A stretch of DNA of 46,821 bases from NCBI GenBank assembly GCA_900545865.1, contig URAN01000019.1:1-46821 (forward strand), read 5' to 3'. A program made the translations under genes and the position numbers. This DNA comes from an uncultured Eubacteriales bacterium. GTDB taxonomy: Bacteria; Bacillota; Clostridia; Monoglobales; Monoglobaceae. The notes under the pieces are model-generated. The model saw only the letters and a program-made list of their open reading frames with translations, did not search any database and was not told where the DNA came from. How positions within the stretch are numbered: the stretch's first letter is position 1; the number at the start of each line of letters is the position of its first letter. Below are positions 27,780-37,161 of this stretch, one piece after another.

Positions 27780-28859
27780 CTAATGCAGCAAGAAATATGC
27801 TATAACTGCAGATGCTATATAAGCAAAGCCGGCAATTTTCGCAAAGTATCTCCATTTTTTCCTTTTGTCAATCGGATATTCACCGACAACTTTGCCCGTC
27901 TGTCCGTTGACAGCAAACTTATATGTATTGTTCATATATTTAATATTGAGCATCCAAACCGGGAGAAGGGAATACCTTATTTTACCGCCTGAAAAGCTGA
28001 TTTTTGTACTTTCGGGAATCACCGCAGCGTAACCGCTCGTTGTCTCCTTAAATACCGAAACCGTTGAATTTTTTACACGTTCGTTCGCTCGCTCTATGCT
28101 TTCCTCTGCCGAAACATCATATTTATCCGCCATATACCCCGAAAGATATGCACCGTTAAACTCCACTGCATCATCATAACAAAAAGGTTCTACCGCCTCC
28201 ATATATGCGTCATCCGCTTTTTTTGAGCCGTCAACAGGAATGTTGGCAAAACCCACACTGCCGCTTCTGAAAAGTCTGTAATAATCTGTTTTGGTATAAT
28301 GATAATTGGAATCACTCCAACTTGTAACCCTTTGTGCACCGTAAGTTATTGCAGCACTACAGTCGCAGTCAAACATCCAAAAAGGCACATAAACGCCTGT
28401 CATTTCTTCTATCTTCTTTCTGACTTTAAACGTATCCGGCAGAAACGGTGCATTTTTGAAATCTGCCTCAAATACCTCCATTGCCGCTTTTTTATCTATC
28501 TTAAACGGAATAATATAGTCAGGCCGAAGGGTACCCTCAAACTGTCCCTTGATCACCGCTGCATCGCCACAGTATGGACAAACGGTTGACCCCATTGTAT
28601 CGTCACCGGTTATTTCCGCACCGCAGGAGGGGCAGGTATAGCTTGCGAGTTCAATCTCTCCGTCTGTTTCATAACTTCTCGGTTCGTAATGCTCCCAGTC
28701 ATATTTTGACTCTCCATGCATTTGAGATCCGACATCCTCGATTTGCCGCACAGCGTCAAGCTCAAAATCATTTCCACAGGAATCGCAGTGCAGCGACTCA
28801 TTCCGAAAAATCAGCGAATCACCGCAGCAAGGACACTTATAGCTTTGTACTGTTTCCAT
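27780..28859 (-). CDS. Membrane-anchored double zinc-ribbon protein (YdjG-like)
   Basis: YKCPCCGDS...CDSCGN and YTCPSCGAE...CPYCGD ribbons. C-terminal TM FAYIASAVIAYFLL. Start at METVQSY with an AGGAGAG RBS. 11-bp gap to the TPM gene. Confidence 0.55.
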   Translation of the reverse strand: METVQSYKCPCCGDSLIFRNESLHCDSCGNDFELDAVRQIEDVGSQMHGESKYDWEHYEPRSYETDGEIELASYTCPSCGAEITGDDTMGSTVCPYCGDAAVIKGQFEGTLRPDYIIPFKIDKKAAMEVFEADFKNAPFLPDTFKVRKKIEEMTGVYVPFWMFDCDCSAAITYGAQRVTSWSDSNYHYTKTDYYRLFRSGSVGFANIPVDGSKKADDAYMEAVEPFCYDDAVEFNGAYLSGYMADKYDVSAEESIERANERVKNSTVSVFKETTSGYAAVIPESTKISFSGGKIRYSLLPVWMLNIKYMNNTYKFAVNGQTGKVVGEYPIDKRKKWRYFAKIAGFAYIASAVIAYFLLH

Positions 28860-28930
28860 CGTTTCTCTCCTTTTTACCCGGCTGTTCCCGCCGCTCAAAA
28901 ACGAGCGGCGGGAACATTTGGACGTTTTAC

Positions 28931-29326
28931 TTATGCTGTCTCTTTATTCTTGGCCGCACCAATTATGTACAGAACCGGAATAACCAAGCCGGTAGCGTAG
29001 TTAAAGGCATTGAAATCGCTGCCAAGTACGTTTGAGATAACGTTTCCGGCTACGCTTAAGATTGCCACAATGATACCCATAACCAGGCAGGTTTGTGCCT
29101 TTTCGGGTTTATCGCAGTTTTTCACGCCCATAATTCCGGCAATCAGCTGAAACACTGCACTTGCCAGAACCAGCACGCTCGCAAGCATAAGACCAACGGC
29201 GCTTGTTTCAAGAACCGCTGCCAAAGCTCCCACTCCGATCATTGCAATAATTCCTCCGATAATACCGAACGCTGCGCCGATAATCATCAGAATCCCCGTG
29301 ACCTTCAAAAACTTTCTTCCTTTCAT
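28931..29326 (-). CDS. Small integral membrane protein (3-4 TM), hypothetical
   Basis: Gly/Ala/Ile-rich helices. Confidence 0.5.
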   Translation of the reverse strand: MKGRKFLKVTGILMIIGAAFGIIGGIIAMIGVGALAAVLETSAVGLMLASVLVLASAVFQLIAGIMGVKNCDKPEKAQTCLVMGIIVAILSVAGNVISNVLGSDFNAFNYATGLVIPVLYIIGAAKNKETA

Positions 29327-29388
29327 AATGAACCTCCTTAAAAAATTTTTTATTTATATCCACATTTTAAAAATGGATATTACAAGTG

Positions 29389-32300
29389 TTATTTTTCTAC
29401 CGTCACAACCTCACACATCGGCTGCATACTGCCGTTTTCGCAGTTCCAGAGCATTAGCTTGTATATGTATCCGTCACCGGAGGTTCCATATAAATAGTAA
29501 TCCTCCCGGTTAACATATTTTACCCGATAATCGACTAAAATTCCGTTTGCGTCATACTTCGCACTGTAAACCCTCGCACTGCTGCTCGGCGCAAAGCCGA
29601 TTACGGTATTAAGGTCTTTGTTGCAGCTGATAAATGCTGCATCCTTCGGCGCAATCAGCGCATACCACGCGTCCGTTGCATCGGCGTCGGACATGATAGT
29701 CGACAAGTCGGTGCTGTTTTTTGCTCCTACGACTTTCATGGGAGAATACTCGCTTTGCGTAAATGCCTGTGTAAATGCCTTAAAGCTTGTGCCGCTGTAA
29801 TTTCCCCAATAGATTTCCGTTATGCCGTAGGCAAGCATCGTTTTACCGTCAAACGCAGTTTTGCAGTCTCTTACGCTCAGCTTTTCGGCAAGGTTTTCAA
29901 TTTTCGCCGCTTTTATGCCCTTGTCGTACGTTATCTTGCCCGCGCCCTTGATTGTAAGTGTTCCGCTGCCGTAAAAAGAAACCTTGCCTCCGCACAGAAT
30001 ACCCACGGCATCTATAGTGTCCGCTTCTATTATACTGTCGCCTATAAGCTCTATATCAAGGTCGCCGTTTGCATAAATTCCGACAGATTCCGCCGTGGCG
30101 TAAATCGGATGCGTATCAATATGCGCATTGTTCAGCGTCAGCTTTGCGGGAGACATTGATGTTTCCGGAGTAAAGCTTACCGTACCGCCGAACAGTGTCT
30201 CGGCATCACCCTGTGTGACGTCTTTGCCCTCCACCGTTATTATAGGTTCGGCAAATACCGCATAAAGCGAAAGCCCCATAGGTACGAAAACCTTATCTCC
30301 CGGCAAATAATCCACCGTTTTGCCGCCTTTTTCAACCGTCCATCCCAAAAAGCTGTATCCGCTTTTTATCGGACGAACTTTTGGCAGAACTGCTTGATTG
30401 TACTTTTTCATCCGTATGGATTTATACGGCTGGCTGTCGACTTCCGCTTTATCAAACAGGAAAAGAACCGTGGTTTCCTGCATATCGCTTTTTGTAAACG
30501 AATTGACAGCAGACGGCTGATATCCACACTTGGCGCAGGTTTTGCGATACAGCCCGTCTACGGTGTCGGTTGCTTCTCTTAAAAGCTCATATTTGTAGAT
30601 GTGTTCTTCGTCCTTCTTGTACGTCACGGTATTTCCGTCCGCATCCTCGTAGCTGCAGCGGCTGCATATAAGGCTGTGGTTTGTACCGTCCTTTTGGGCA
30701 CACGAATCAAATTTATGTATTACAGAGTGGCTGACAAGGTTACCGTTTATCCCTTTGTTTACTTCTGTACCGTTTACCTTGACAACGCATCTGTATTTTT
30801 CGCTTCCGGGCGTCCTGTTTGTTACGATAAATGACGGCGTGTCGTAGCCGGCAAACATGCCGACGCCTACCCCATAATCAACAAGCTGTTTTATGCTGAC
30901 ATAATCCGAATCCTGTTTAAGCTGCCAGTCATATGTAACCGTTGCCCCCTCCGGCGCGCATACCTTAATGTAAAATGCTGTGCTTTCATTGCACTCCGTA
31001 ACAACCTTGTCTGTAAGGCTTTCGATAAAGGGCGCTTTTTCCGTTCGCCCGATATGCACGGGCAAAGCTTTACTTCCGCCGTCAGATGTCACCGTCAGCG
31101 TAAAGCTTTTTTCCTCCGTTTCCGTGGACGGGTAAGCGCCGATGATATAACGATTGTCTATGATTGAAAGCCCGTAAGCTGCAAATTCCGCATCGCCCGT
31201 CACCGTAAAGCTGTCGGCACAGCTTATATAATTTCTCAAATCAACATCGATGGAAGATCCCGAAACACCTGCCGGAATTTCGACAGGCTTTTTGTTATAT
31301 ACTTTAAACTCCGAAGCCTCCGCACAAAAATATTCGCGGCTCACGTATATGTCCTTGGAGGGCTTGGAAAGATGATTCTCCGCAGGGACATCGTTTATAT
31401 ACAACTTTGTTTCCCCCGTAAACCATGCATCACCCGTGGCTTTTGCATAGGCACCGTATTCGTATACGGTATTCTCGGTATATTCCTTCAATAAGTTGTA
31501 TTCGCCTTCTTCCGCAATCAGCGCATTTTGTGCCTCAACATCCGAAATCATAAACCCGTCTTCATTTTCATAAAGCTGCACTGCGGTATATTCCGATGTT
31601 CCGAGAGAATAAAAAACGGGTTTTCTGCCCGGCATCGGTTCAATATTGTAAAGTCGCAGCTCTTTTATTATCGGCTTCCAGTGTGCGTAGATTGTGGTAT
31701 TTTTGTTGTATACCCTGCCGCTGTCAACCTGCTCGCCGCCTTCGGACTCGGTATACCAGCCCTCGATATAAAACCCTTCTCTGTTGATAACGGTATGATC
31801 ATAAAACAAACTCATAATCGTTCCGTCAATCTGCGTCTTCATATCAAGTGTCGCGGCGCCGGAGGCTCCGACAAAGCTGCCGCCGTTTGCATCAAGCGTC
31901 ACCGTGTATGGATTCGGGCTTTTGATTGTGTATTCCAGCGTAACCTTCGGCCAATTCACGCCTACGGTGTTTTTTGTTATCTTACCCGGCGGCGCTCCGT
32001 CCGACAGCAGTATCTGCGTATTCCGACTCATGCCGAAGCCTTCCTCAAAATCAAACAAAATCGTCAGCGCACACCTGGTTGTGTTTTTGAAATTCTTTGC
32101 ATCCACATAGATTTTTTTAACGGGGTCATATACCATCCACTTAAGCTGCAATATGCTGTAGTTCACGCCGTCAGGCACCTTTATCGCCTGCGTCAGCTCC
32201 TCGACCGAACTGTTTGGTCCGGGCTGCTGCACCCCCATAAGCTCAAGCGAATCCAAATAATTCTTCTTTACTCCTTCGGAACACAGATTTTTTGTTTTTA

Positions 32301-32718
32301 TATACACATAACCGGCATAATAGTTTATGTTTTCATAGGGTAAAAGCTCATCGTCAATATAAAATTTGGTTTCACTGCTTGCAACATAATTTCCGTCCTT
32401 GATCGTCACTTTAAAATAGTAATAATACTCGGTGCCGCTGTCAAACGGGTCTATGTTTGAGCTCAGCTTTGCGCCGTCGCACGCCCTGTACCAGTTACCA
32501 TTGTCAATTTTTAATATCTCATCGGAACCGGGACAGGTTAATTTAACAGACTTTGCCATGACACCTTTCTTAATGCTTATTTCGCTCATTCCAACAAGTC
32601 TCACTTCCGGTATAACAGTCTGCGCCGCAAACGTTGTCTGCGGCAAAACACCCAAAAGCACCGCCATGTAAAGAAAAGCTGAAAACAGCCTGCTCCTTTT
32701 TCTTTTCATGTAATTCAT
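29389..32718 (-). CDS. Large secreted cell-surface protein (1109 aa) with Listeria-Bacteroides repeat (Flg_new) domains
   Basis: Signal peptide AVLLGVLPQTTFA. Repeats TVTLDANGGSF...EGFYIEGWYTESEGGEQVDSGRVYNKNTTIYAHW and VLPKVRPIKSGYSFLGWTVEKGGKTVDYLPGDKVFVP. Confidence 0.7.
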   Translation of the reverse strand: MNYMKRKRSRLFSAFLYMAVLLGVLPQTTFAAQTVIPEVRLVGMSEISIKKGVMAKSVKLTCPGSDEILKIDNGNWYRACDGAKLSSNIDPFDSGTEYYYYFKVTIKDGNYVASSETKFYIDDELLPYENINYYAGYVYIKTKNLCSEGVKKNYLDSLELMGVQQPGPNSSVEELTQAIKVPDGVNYSILQLKWMVYDPVKKIYVDAKNFKNTTRCALTILFDFEEGFGMSRNTQILLSDGAPPGKITKNTVGVNWPKVTLEYTIKSPNPYTVTLDANGGSFVGASGAATLDMKTQIDGTIMSLFYDHTVINREGFYIEGWYTESEGGEQVDSGRVYNKNTTIYAHWKPIIKELRLYNIEPMPGRKPVFYSLGTSEYTAVQLYENEDGFMISDVEAQNALIAEEGEYNLLKEYTENTVYEYGAYAKATGDAWFTGETKLYINDVPAENHLSKPSKDIYVSREYFCAEASEFKVYNKKPVEIPAGVSGSSIDVDLRNYISCADSFTVTGDAEFAAYGLSIIDNRYIIGAYPSTETEEKSFTLTVTSDGGSKALPVHIGRTEKAPFIESLTDKVVTECNESTAFYIKVCAPEGATVTYDWQLKQDSDYVSIKQLVDYGVGVGMFAGYDTPSFIVTNRTPGSEKYRCVVKVNGTEVNKGINGNLVSHSVIHKFDSCAQKDGTNHSLICSRCSYEDADGNTVTYKKDEEHIYKYELLREATDTVDGLYRKTCAKCGYQPSAVNSFTKSDMQETTVLFLFDKAEVDSQPYKSIRMKKYNQAVLPKVRPIKSGYSFLGWTVEKGGKTVDYLPGDKVFVPMGLSLYAVFAEPIITVEGKDVTQGDAETLFGGTVSFTPETSMSPAKLTLNNAHIDTHPIYATAESVGIYANGDLDIELIGDSIIEADTIDAVGILCGGKVSFYGSGTLTIKGAGKITYDKGIKAAKIENLAEKLSVRDCKTAFDGKTMLAYGITEIYWGNYSGTSFKAFTQAFTQSEYSPMKVVGAKNSTDLSTIMSDADATDAWYALIAPKDAAFISCNKDLNTVIGFAPSSSARVYSAKYDANGILVDYRVKYVNREDYYLYGTSGDGYIYKLMLWNCENGSMQPMCEVVTVEK

Positions 32719-32813
32719 CTCCTTTTTCTTTCAATGTGTGGCAATCGCCGTAAGCGGCAAAAGCGTCATCAACATAATAAATACCATACACAGCGACAAA
32801 ACTTTCTTCATAA

Positions 32814-33101
32814 TTAAATCGCCTCTCTTTCATTATTTTGTTTCGCTCCGCACATGGGGCAATACTCCGCATCATCAGGGAGAACATTTTCGCATTTGGT
32901 ACAACGACGATGCTTTACTTTGTAAATATCAAAAACTGTTTCCTCCGGCAATTTTGTCTGACAAACTTTGCAAAACTTGTTCTTTGCAGCCTGTACATTC
33001 CCGCAGCACCGGCATATTTTACAGCTTTTCATTTTTTTCGTGCCGAAGCCGAAATGCGCCAAAATATCTTTTCTTGACGGTCTATATCTTGTCATTTCCA
33101 T
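32814..33101 (-). CDS. Small double zinc-ribbon protein (95 aa)
   Basis: CKICRCCGN...CKVCQ and CTKCEN...CPMCG ribbons. Start at MEMTRYR overlaps the upstream TGA as TGATG. Confidence 0.5.
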   Translation of the reverse strand: MEMTRYRPSRKDILAHFGFGTKKMKSCKICRCCGNVQAAKNKFCKVCQTKLPEETVFDIYKVKHRRCTKCENVLPDDAEYCPMCGAKQNNEREAI

Positions 33102-33466
33102 CAGCTCCCCCCATATAATACTTTTTTGCCGCATACAGAGCAGATTATATCGCCGTTAATTACTTTTGCTCCGCAGTGCTTGCAGTACCTTGCTTCTTCT
33201 TCGAGCGGAGCACAGTTTACACACATAAGCATATCCGGATTATATACAATCGAATCGACCCATCTGCCGCACAAGTGGCATAAATTAAAATTTTTCTTGC
33301 CCTCCGCTTCCCATGCCGCCGAAAGCTCTGCCTCGAAATCGTCTGCATAATACGTTCCTGTGGTACAGACAAGCATTCCCGACAATTCGCAGAAAAAACT
33401 GTAACGGTTTCCGCCCTGTGACGGAATAATTTTGTATGCAGCCGTTTTATGCTTCTCATTTATCAT
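33101..33466 (-). CDS. Small double zinc-ribbon protein (121 aa); first gene of the cluster
   Basis: CHLCGRW...CVNCAP and CKHCGAK...CSVCGKK ribbons. Confidence 0.5.
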   Translation of the reverse strand: MINEKHKTAAYKIIPSQGGNRYSFFCELSGMLVCTTGTYYADDFEAELSAAWEAEGKKNFNLCHLCGRWVDSIVYNPDMLMCVNCAPLEEEARYCKHCGAKVINGDIICSVCGKKVLYGGS

Positions 33467-33615
33467 ACGCCTCTCCTCCTCTATGAAAAACTTATAAACC
33501 CGTTTATTTCACAAACCTATGCAAATCATCCTTGTTTTCTGATATATGTTTTCTTATGTTTTCTGCTGAAAACAATGGGGAAATTCAAAAACCGCGGAAA
33601 ATCTGCAACAAGCCT

Positions 33616-33644
33616 TTGACAAAATGTCAAAAGTGTGATATACT
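33616..33644 (+). promoter_or_regulatory. Strong sigma-70-like promoter TTGACA-17-TGaTATACT, with the -35 inside the palindrome TTGACAaaaTGTCAA
   Basis: Read directly from the sequence. Points toward the SBP gene about 350 nt downstream. Confidence 0.5.
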
Positions 33645-33829
33645 TAGATAGAGTATGTCTGCTAAAAAAAGAATGCGTCTTTTTATTTGAGAAACTGCGA
33701 TTACTTTATAATATGAAACACATACGTAAAAGGACATCCCTTTATCTTTGTTTTTTGCAGACAATTCTTTCCGGTACTGCAAATTGTTGTTTTCACATAT
33801 TTACATTATACATAAAAATATCTTTTTGT

Positions 33830-33912
33830 CCCCATACTTTTTGCCAAAAGTATAGGATGAATTTCAAAAAAATTTAAGTTTTTTCGAAAAAGTAGGGGAA
33901 AAAGTATAGGAT
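33830..33912. promoter_or_regulatory. Array of four AAAAGTA(K)(R)GGA motif copies in the leader of the SBP/LuxR operon (one inverted, three direct)
   Basis: Inverted copy 33830-33841 forms the palindrome ATACTTTTtgccAAAAGTAT with the direct copy at 33846-33857. Further copies at 33888-33899 (AAAAGTAGGGGA) and 33899-33910 (AAAAGTATAGGA). Confidence 0.5.
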
Positions 33913-33995
33913 TGATTGCATTTGTTGGCAACTTACCGGCATAAAACAGGAGAAACGGAAAAAATCATCAAATCATATCACGGAGGAATCTAAGT

Positions 33996-35318
33996 ATGAA
34001 ATCAGCAAGAAAATTATTTTTGCTTTTACTCATTTTCAGCATATCAATATGCTGCCTTTCCGGCTGCAAAAAATCGGAACTTGATAAAAACAAACCCGTT
34101 ACGCTTACAATGTGGCACGTTTACGGAGAACAAGCGGATTCGCCGATGAATCGGCTTATTGACGAATTTAACGAGACAGTTGGCGTGGAAAAAGGCATTA
34201 TTATCAATGTCACGGCAATGTCCAACGCCTCCAAAATAGGCGAAAAACTGCTTGACGCACATAATAAGATTCCCGGTTCCGCCGAAATGCCCGACCTTTT
34301 CTTTGCACACAAAAGCAATGTGCTGGAGCTTGGAGCGGATTGTTTACTTGACTGGAACGAATATTTTTCCGAAAAAGAGCTTTCGGCATACATTCCGGAA
34401 TTTTTGGAGGACGGCACGGCAGCCGGAAAGCTGTCCGTGTTCCCGGTGTCTAAATCCACGCATCTTTTATTCATTGCCGGAGGTCAGTTTGAACGCTTTT
34501 CAGCCGATACGGGCGTAACATATGAAGCGCTGTCCACCTGGGACGGGTTTTTCGATGCTGCCGCGAAATATTATGACTGGTCGGGCGGAAAACCGTTCTG
34601 CGCTCTTGATTATCCGCTGCGAGCCATTGAGCTTGCGGCTACGGAAAGCGGCGCAGGAAATATTTTTGCCGACAACGGATTCTATGACCCGTCAAACGTG
34701 ATTTTTAAGCAAACCTTCATTAAATTTGCGGATTCGCTTGCAAAAGGGCATATTATGCTTTCAAATCTCTATTCAAACACACAGGTGATGACAGGCGAGG
34801 TCGTAGCCGGCATAGGCTCGTCCGCCGCAATTCTTTACTATAATGATACCGTGACATATGAGGACGGAACGAGTGAGCCGATGGATCCGGAGATACTGCC
34901 TCTGCCCGCAGAAAACGGAAAAAAGCCGTATATCACGCAAGCCGGAGTCGGTCTTTGCGCATATAAAACAACAAGTCAAAAAGCAGAAGCGTCAGCAATT
35001 TTTGCCAAATGGCTTACCGAGCCGGAGAGAAATCTTGAGTTCGTATGCCAAACAGGTTATATGCCGGTTACAAACGGTGCGTTTGAAAAAATAGACGACT
35101 GCCGTTTCAAGACAGCCGATTATGAAAAACTCTATGCAGCACTAAAAAAAGTTAAGGAAAGCTCGGAGGTTTTGTCAGAACAGCAAAGTCCCGAATATTA
35201 CAGTAAAGTTTACGCATTTTACGATTATTTAAGAAACGAACAGAAACAATTTATACTAAGCAACACGCCGCCCGAAGCACTTGCCGAGGGACTTTGGCAA
35301 AAGCTCTGCGAAAAATAG
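33996..35318 (+). CDS. Extracellular solute-binding lipoprotein (ABC-type family-1-like SBP), orphan of permease genes
   Basis: Lipobox CLSGC and PVTLTMWHVYGEQ, a typical SBP_bac_1 N-terminus. No adjacent permease or ATPase genes. Confidence 0.75.
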   Translation: MKSARKLFLLLLIFSISICCLSGCKKSELDKNKPVTLTMWHVYGEQADSPMNRLIDEFNETVGVEKGIIINVTAMSNASKIGEKLLDAHNKIPGSAEMPDLFFAHKSNVLELGADCLLDWNEYFSEKELSAYIPEFLEDGTAAGKLSVFPVSKSTHLLFIAGGQFERFSADTGVTYEALSTWDGFFDAAAKYYDWSGGKPFCALDYPLRAIELAATESGAGNIFADNGFYDPSNVIFKQTFIKFADSLAKGHIMLSNLYSNTQVMTGEVVAGIGSSAAILYYNDTVTYEDGTSEPMDPEILPLPAENGKKPYITQAGVGLCAYKTTSQKAEASAIFAKWLTEPERNLEFVCQTGYMPVTNGAFEKIDDCRFKTADYEKLYAALKKVKESSEVLSEQQSPEYYSKVYAFYDYLRNEQKQFILSNTPPEALAEGLWQKLCEK

Positions 35319-35331
35319 ACGGGGGATTGTT

Positions 35332-36933
35332 ATGCAAATATCGGTAAGAAACAAAAAACAATCTATGCAAAAAAAGCTGTTTGGATATATGTTTATCCTG
35401 GCTATCGTTTTATTGCTTATATTTGTGGCTTTTCTTTTCCTGTTCGGACGTTTTTCGACAACCGAGGATAAAATATCGGATATATTAAGCCTTCAGATTG
35501 AGTTTTTCGACCGTGAGATGACGTCTTACTACAATGATATTACCTTGCGCGGCGCACAGCTTTCCGAAAAAGCCACGCAGCTTACCGAGCAATATCTTAA
35601 TTCGGAAAATACAGATTTTGGCGACGTTCAAAACTCTTCTTTGCATATCAACGCTCTTGAGGAACGCTATATTGATTTATTGAAGAACGAGCTTTTAAAG
35701 GCAAGCTGTTCCGGCGCTTTTATCCTGATTAATGCATCTCAAACCGGCGCAAGCGGTTCAAAATCAGGCGTGTATCTTAATCAGGATCTGTTCGGAACAA
35801 CGGACAAGGAAACAATGCTTCTTTACAGGGGAAATGTGAAGGCTGCGATAAACAAAGGCATTATGCCTCACCGTAAATGGCATTTGGAATTTGACACCGA
35901 GGTATTCCCGAATTTTGAAGAAGTTTTTTCGGATACCTCTGAGCCGATTGAAAAAACCGCTCATATCTGTAATATTATAACGCTCCCCGGGACATCGGAG
36001 CGCGTTATGCTTATTGCTCTTCCTATCAGAGGCAACGGCGGCCGTGTTTACGGCATCTGCGGCTTTGAAGTGAACGAAAGCGTTTTTAAGTCCGCACACG
36101 CACAGCCGTCCACACTTCCGCACATAACCTGTATATTCTCCCGCTCGGACGATAAAGAAATCAATATAAAAGAGGGATTAAGCTGCGGAGCAAAAAACGG
36201 ATATTTTCTTGAACCTAAGGAATCCTTCAAAATCAAGCCGCTGAAAAAGGGTCTTGTCGCTTTAAAAAATGAATACGGCGCATATATCGGCATGACGAGA
36301 AGCACAACTCTTTATTCCGAAAACACGCCTTATTCGATCACGGTTATGATGCCGTATGCGGATTATTCCGGGCTGGAAACGAAAAACACCGTGCAGCTTA
36401 TACTCATAATTCTGATTTTGGGGTTTGCTGTTTTAAGCCTTAGCCTGTATTTTTCAAAACGATTTATCCTTCCGATAAAAAAATCGCTTGACAAAATAAA
36501 ACAATCCGAAAAGACATATTCCGACGAAAGTCAAAGCGGTATTATGGAAATTGACGACCTTTTTGCATTTCTTGCCGGAAAGGATAACGAATATCAAAAA
36601 ATCTTCGACGAACATTCCGAAAAAACCGAAAGTCTGCAAAGCGAAATTGAACGTATCAGAACCGAAAACAAGCGTCTGATGAAAGAGCATAAAAACATCA
36701 TTGCACAGGATGATTATGATCATTTCTGCTCGGGTATACGCAGCCTTACTCCCAAGGAGAGAACAATATTTGACCTCTATCTGGAGGGAAAAACCGTTCC
36801 TGAAATTTTACAGATTGCAGAAGTTAAAGAGAGTACGCTTAAATACCATAACGGCAATATTTACAGCAAGCTCGGAGTTTCCTCAAAAAAGCAGCTTCTT
36901 AATTTTGCGGCACTGTATGCACGGGAAAAGTAA
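35332..36933 (+). CDS. Two-pass transmembrane LuxR/GerE-family one-component regulator with ~300-aa extracytoplasmic sensor domain
   Basis: TM1 LFGYMFILAIVLLLIFVAFLFLFG and TM2 VQLILIILILGFAVLSLSLYF. Cytoplasmic coiled-coil, then LTPKERTIFDLYLEGKTVPEILQIAEVKESTLKYHNGNIYSKLGVSSKKQLL (LuxR HTH). Start at MQISV with a GGGGGA RBS. The track ORF begins at 35281. Confidence 0.7.
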   Translation: MQISVRNKKQSMQKKLFGYMFILAIVLLLIFVAFLFLFGRFSTTEDKISDILSLQIEFFDREMTSYYNDITLRGAQLSEKATQLTEQYLNSENTDFGDVQNSSLHINALEERYIDLLKNELLKASCSGAFILINASQTGASGSKSGVYLNQDLFGTTDKETMLLYRGNVKAAINKGIMPHRKWHLEFDTEVFPNFEEVFSDTSEPIEKTAHICNIITLPGTSERVMLIALPIRGNGGRVYGICGFEVNESVFKSAHAQPSTLPHITCIFSRSDDKEINIKEGLSCGAKNGYFLEPKESFKIKPLKKGLVALKNEYGAYIGMTRSTTLYSENTPYSITVMMPYADYSGLETKNTVQLILIILILGFAVLSLSLYFSKRFILPIKKSLDKIKQSEKTYSDESQSGIMEIDDLFAFLAGKDNEYQKIFDEHSEKTESLQSEIERIRTENKRLMKEHKNIIAQDDYDHFCSGIRSLTPKERTIFDLYLEGKTVPEILQIAEVKESTLKYHNGNIYSKLGVSSKKQLLNFAALYAREK

Positions 36934-36957
36934 CAGCAGAGCCACACAACAGAGAAT

Positions 36958-37161
36958 AGTTCTCGGTTGTGTGGTCTCGGCATCAGCATACTGCCCAAAT
37001 TAATTTTAAAAAGAATACTGTACAAAATTATCACAAAAGAGCTTGATATTCCTGCATACAGAAATATCGGACTTGCCGTGCGCAATAAAAAATCTTTCAT
37101 TGGCGGCAAAAAAATTTATCGGATTCTTGCAATACAGATAACGAATATATTGAGATTTTAA
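36958..37161 (+). pseudogene. Remnant resembling the C-terminus of a LysR-type regulator (about 65 codons, no proper start)
   Basis: Translation ...CGLGISILPKLILKRIL...LDIPAYRNIGLAVRNKKSF... resembles the LysR substrate-binding-domain C-terminus. Preceded by a 9-bp-stem hairpin CCACACAAC...GTTGTGTGG at 36941-36975. Confidence 0.3.

Noticed and set aside
31528-32343. 271-aa plus-strand ORF antisense to the 1109-aa surface protein gene
   Set aside because: It is antisense to a well-supported long gene and gives a Cys/Arg-rich translation with no domain features. The same reasoning applies to other antisense ORFs listed in the track, for example 23365..24060, 41616..42410 and 11522..12091.
32570-32887. 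105-aa ORF overlapping the start of the large surface protein gene and the small zinc-ribbon gene
   Set aside because: It overlaps two better-supported genes in a different frame and has no independent translation signals.
33635-33877. 80-aa ORF in the SBP operon leader
   Set aside because: No RBS, Cys/Phe-rich translation of an AT-rich regulatory region that contains the promoter and motif array.
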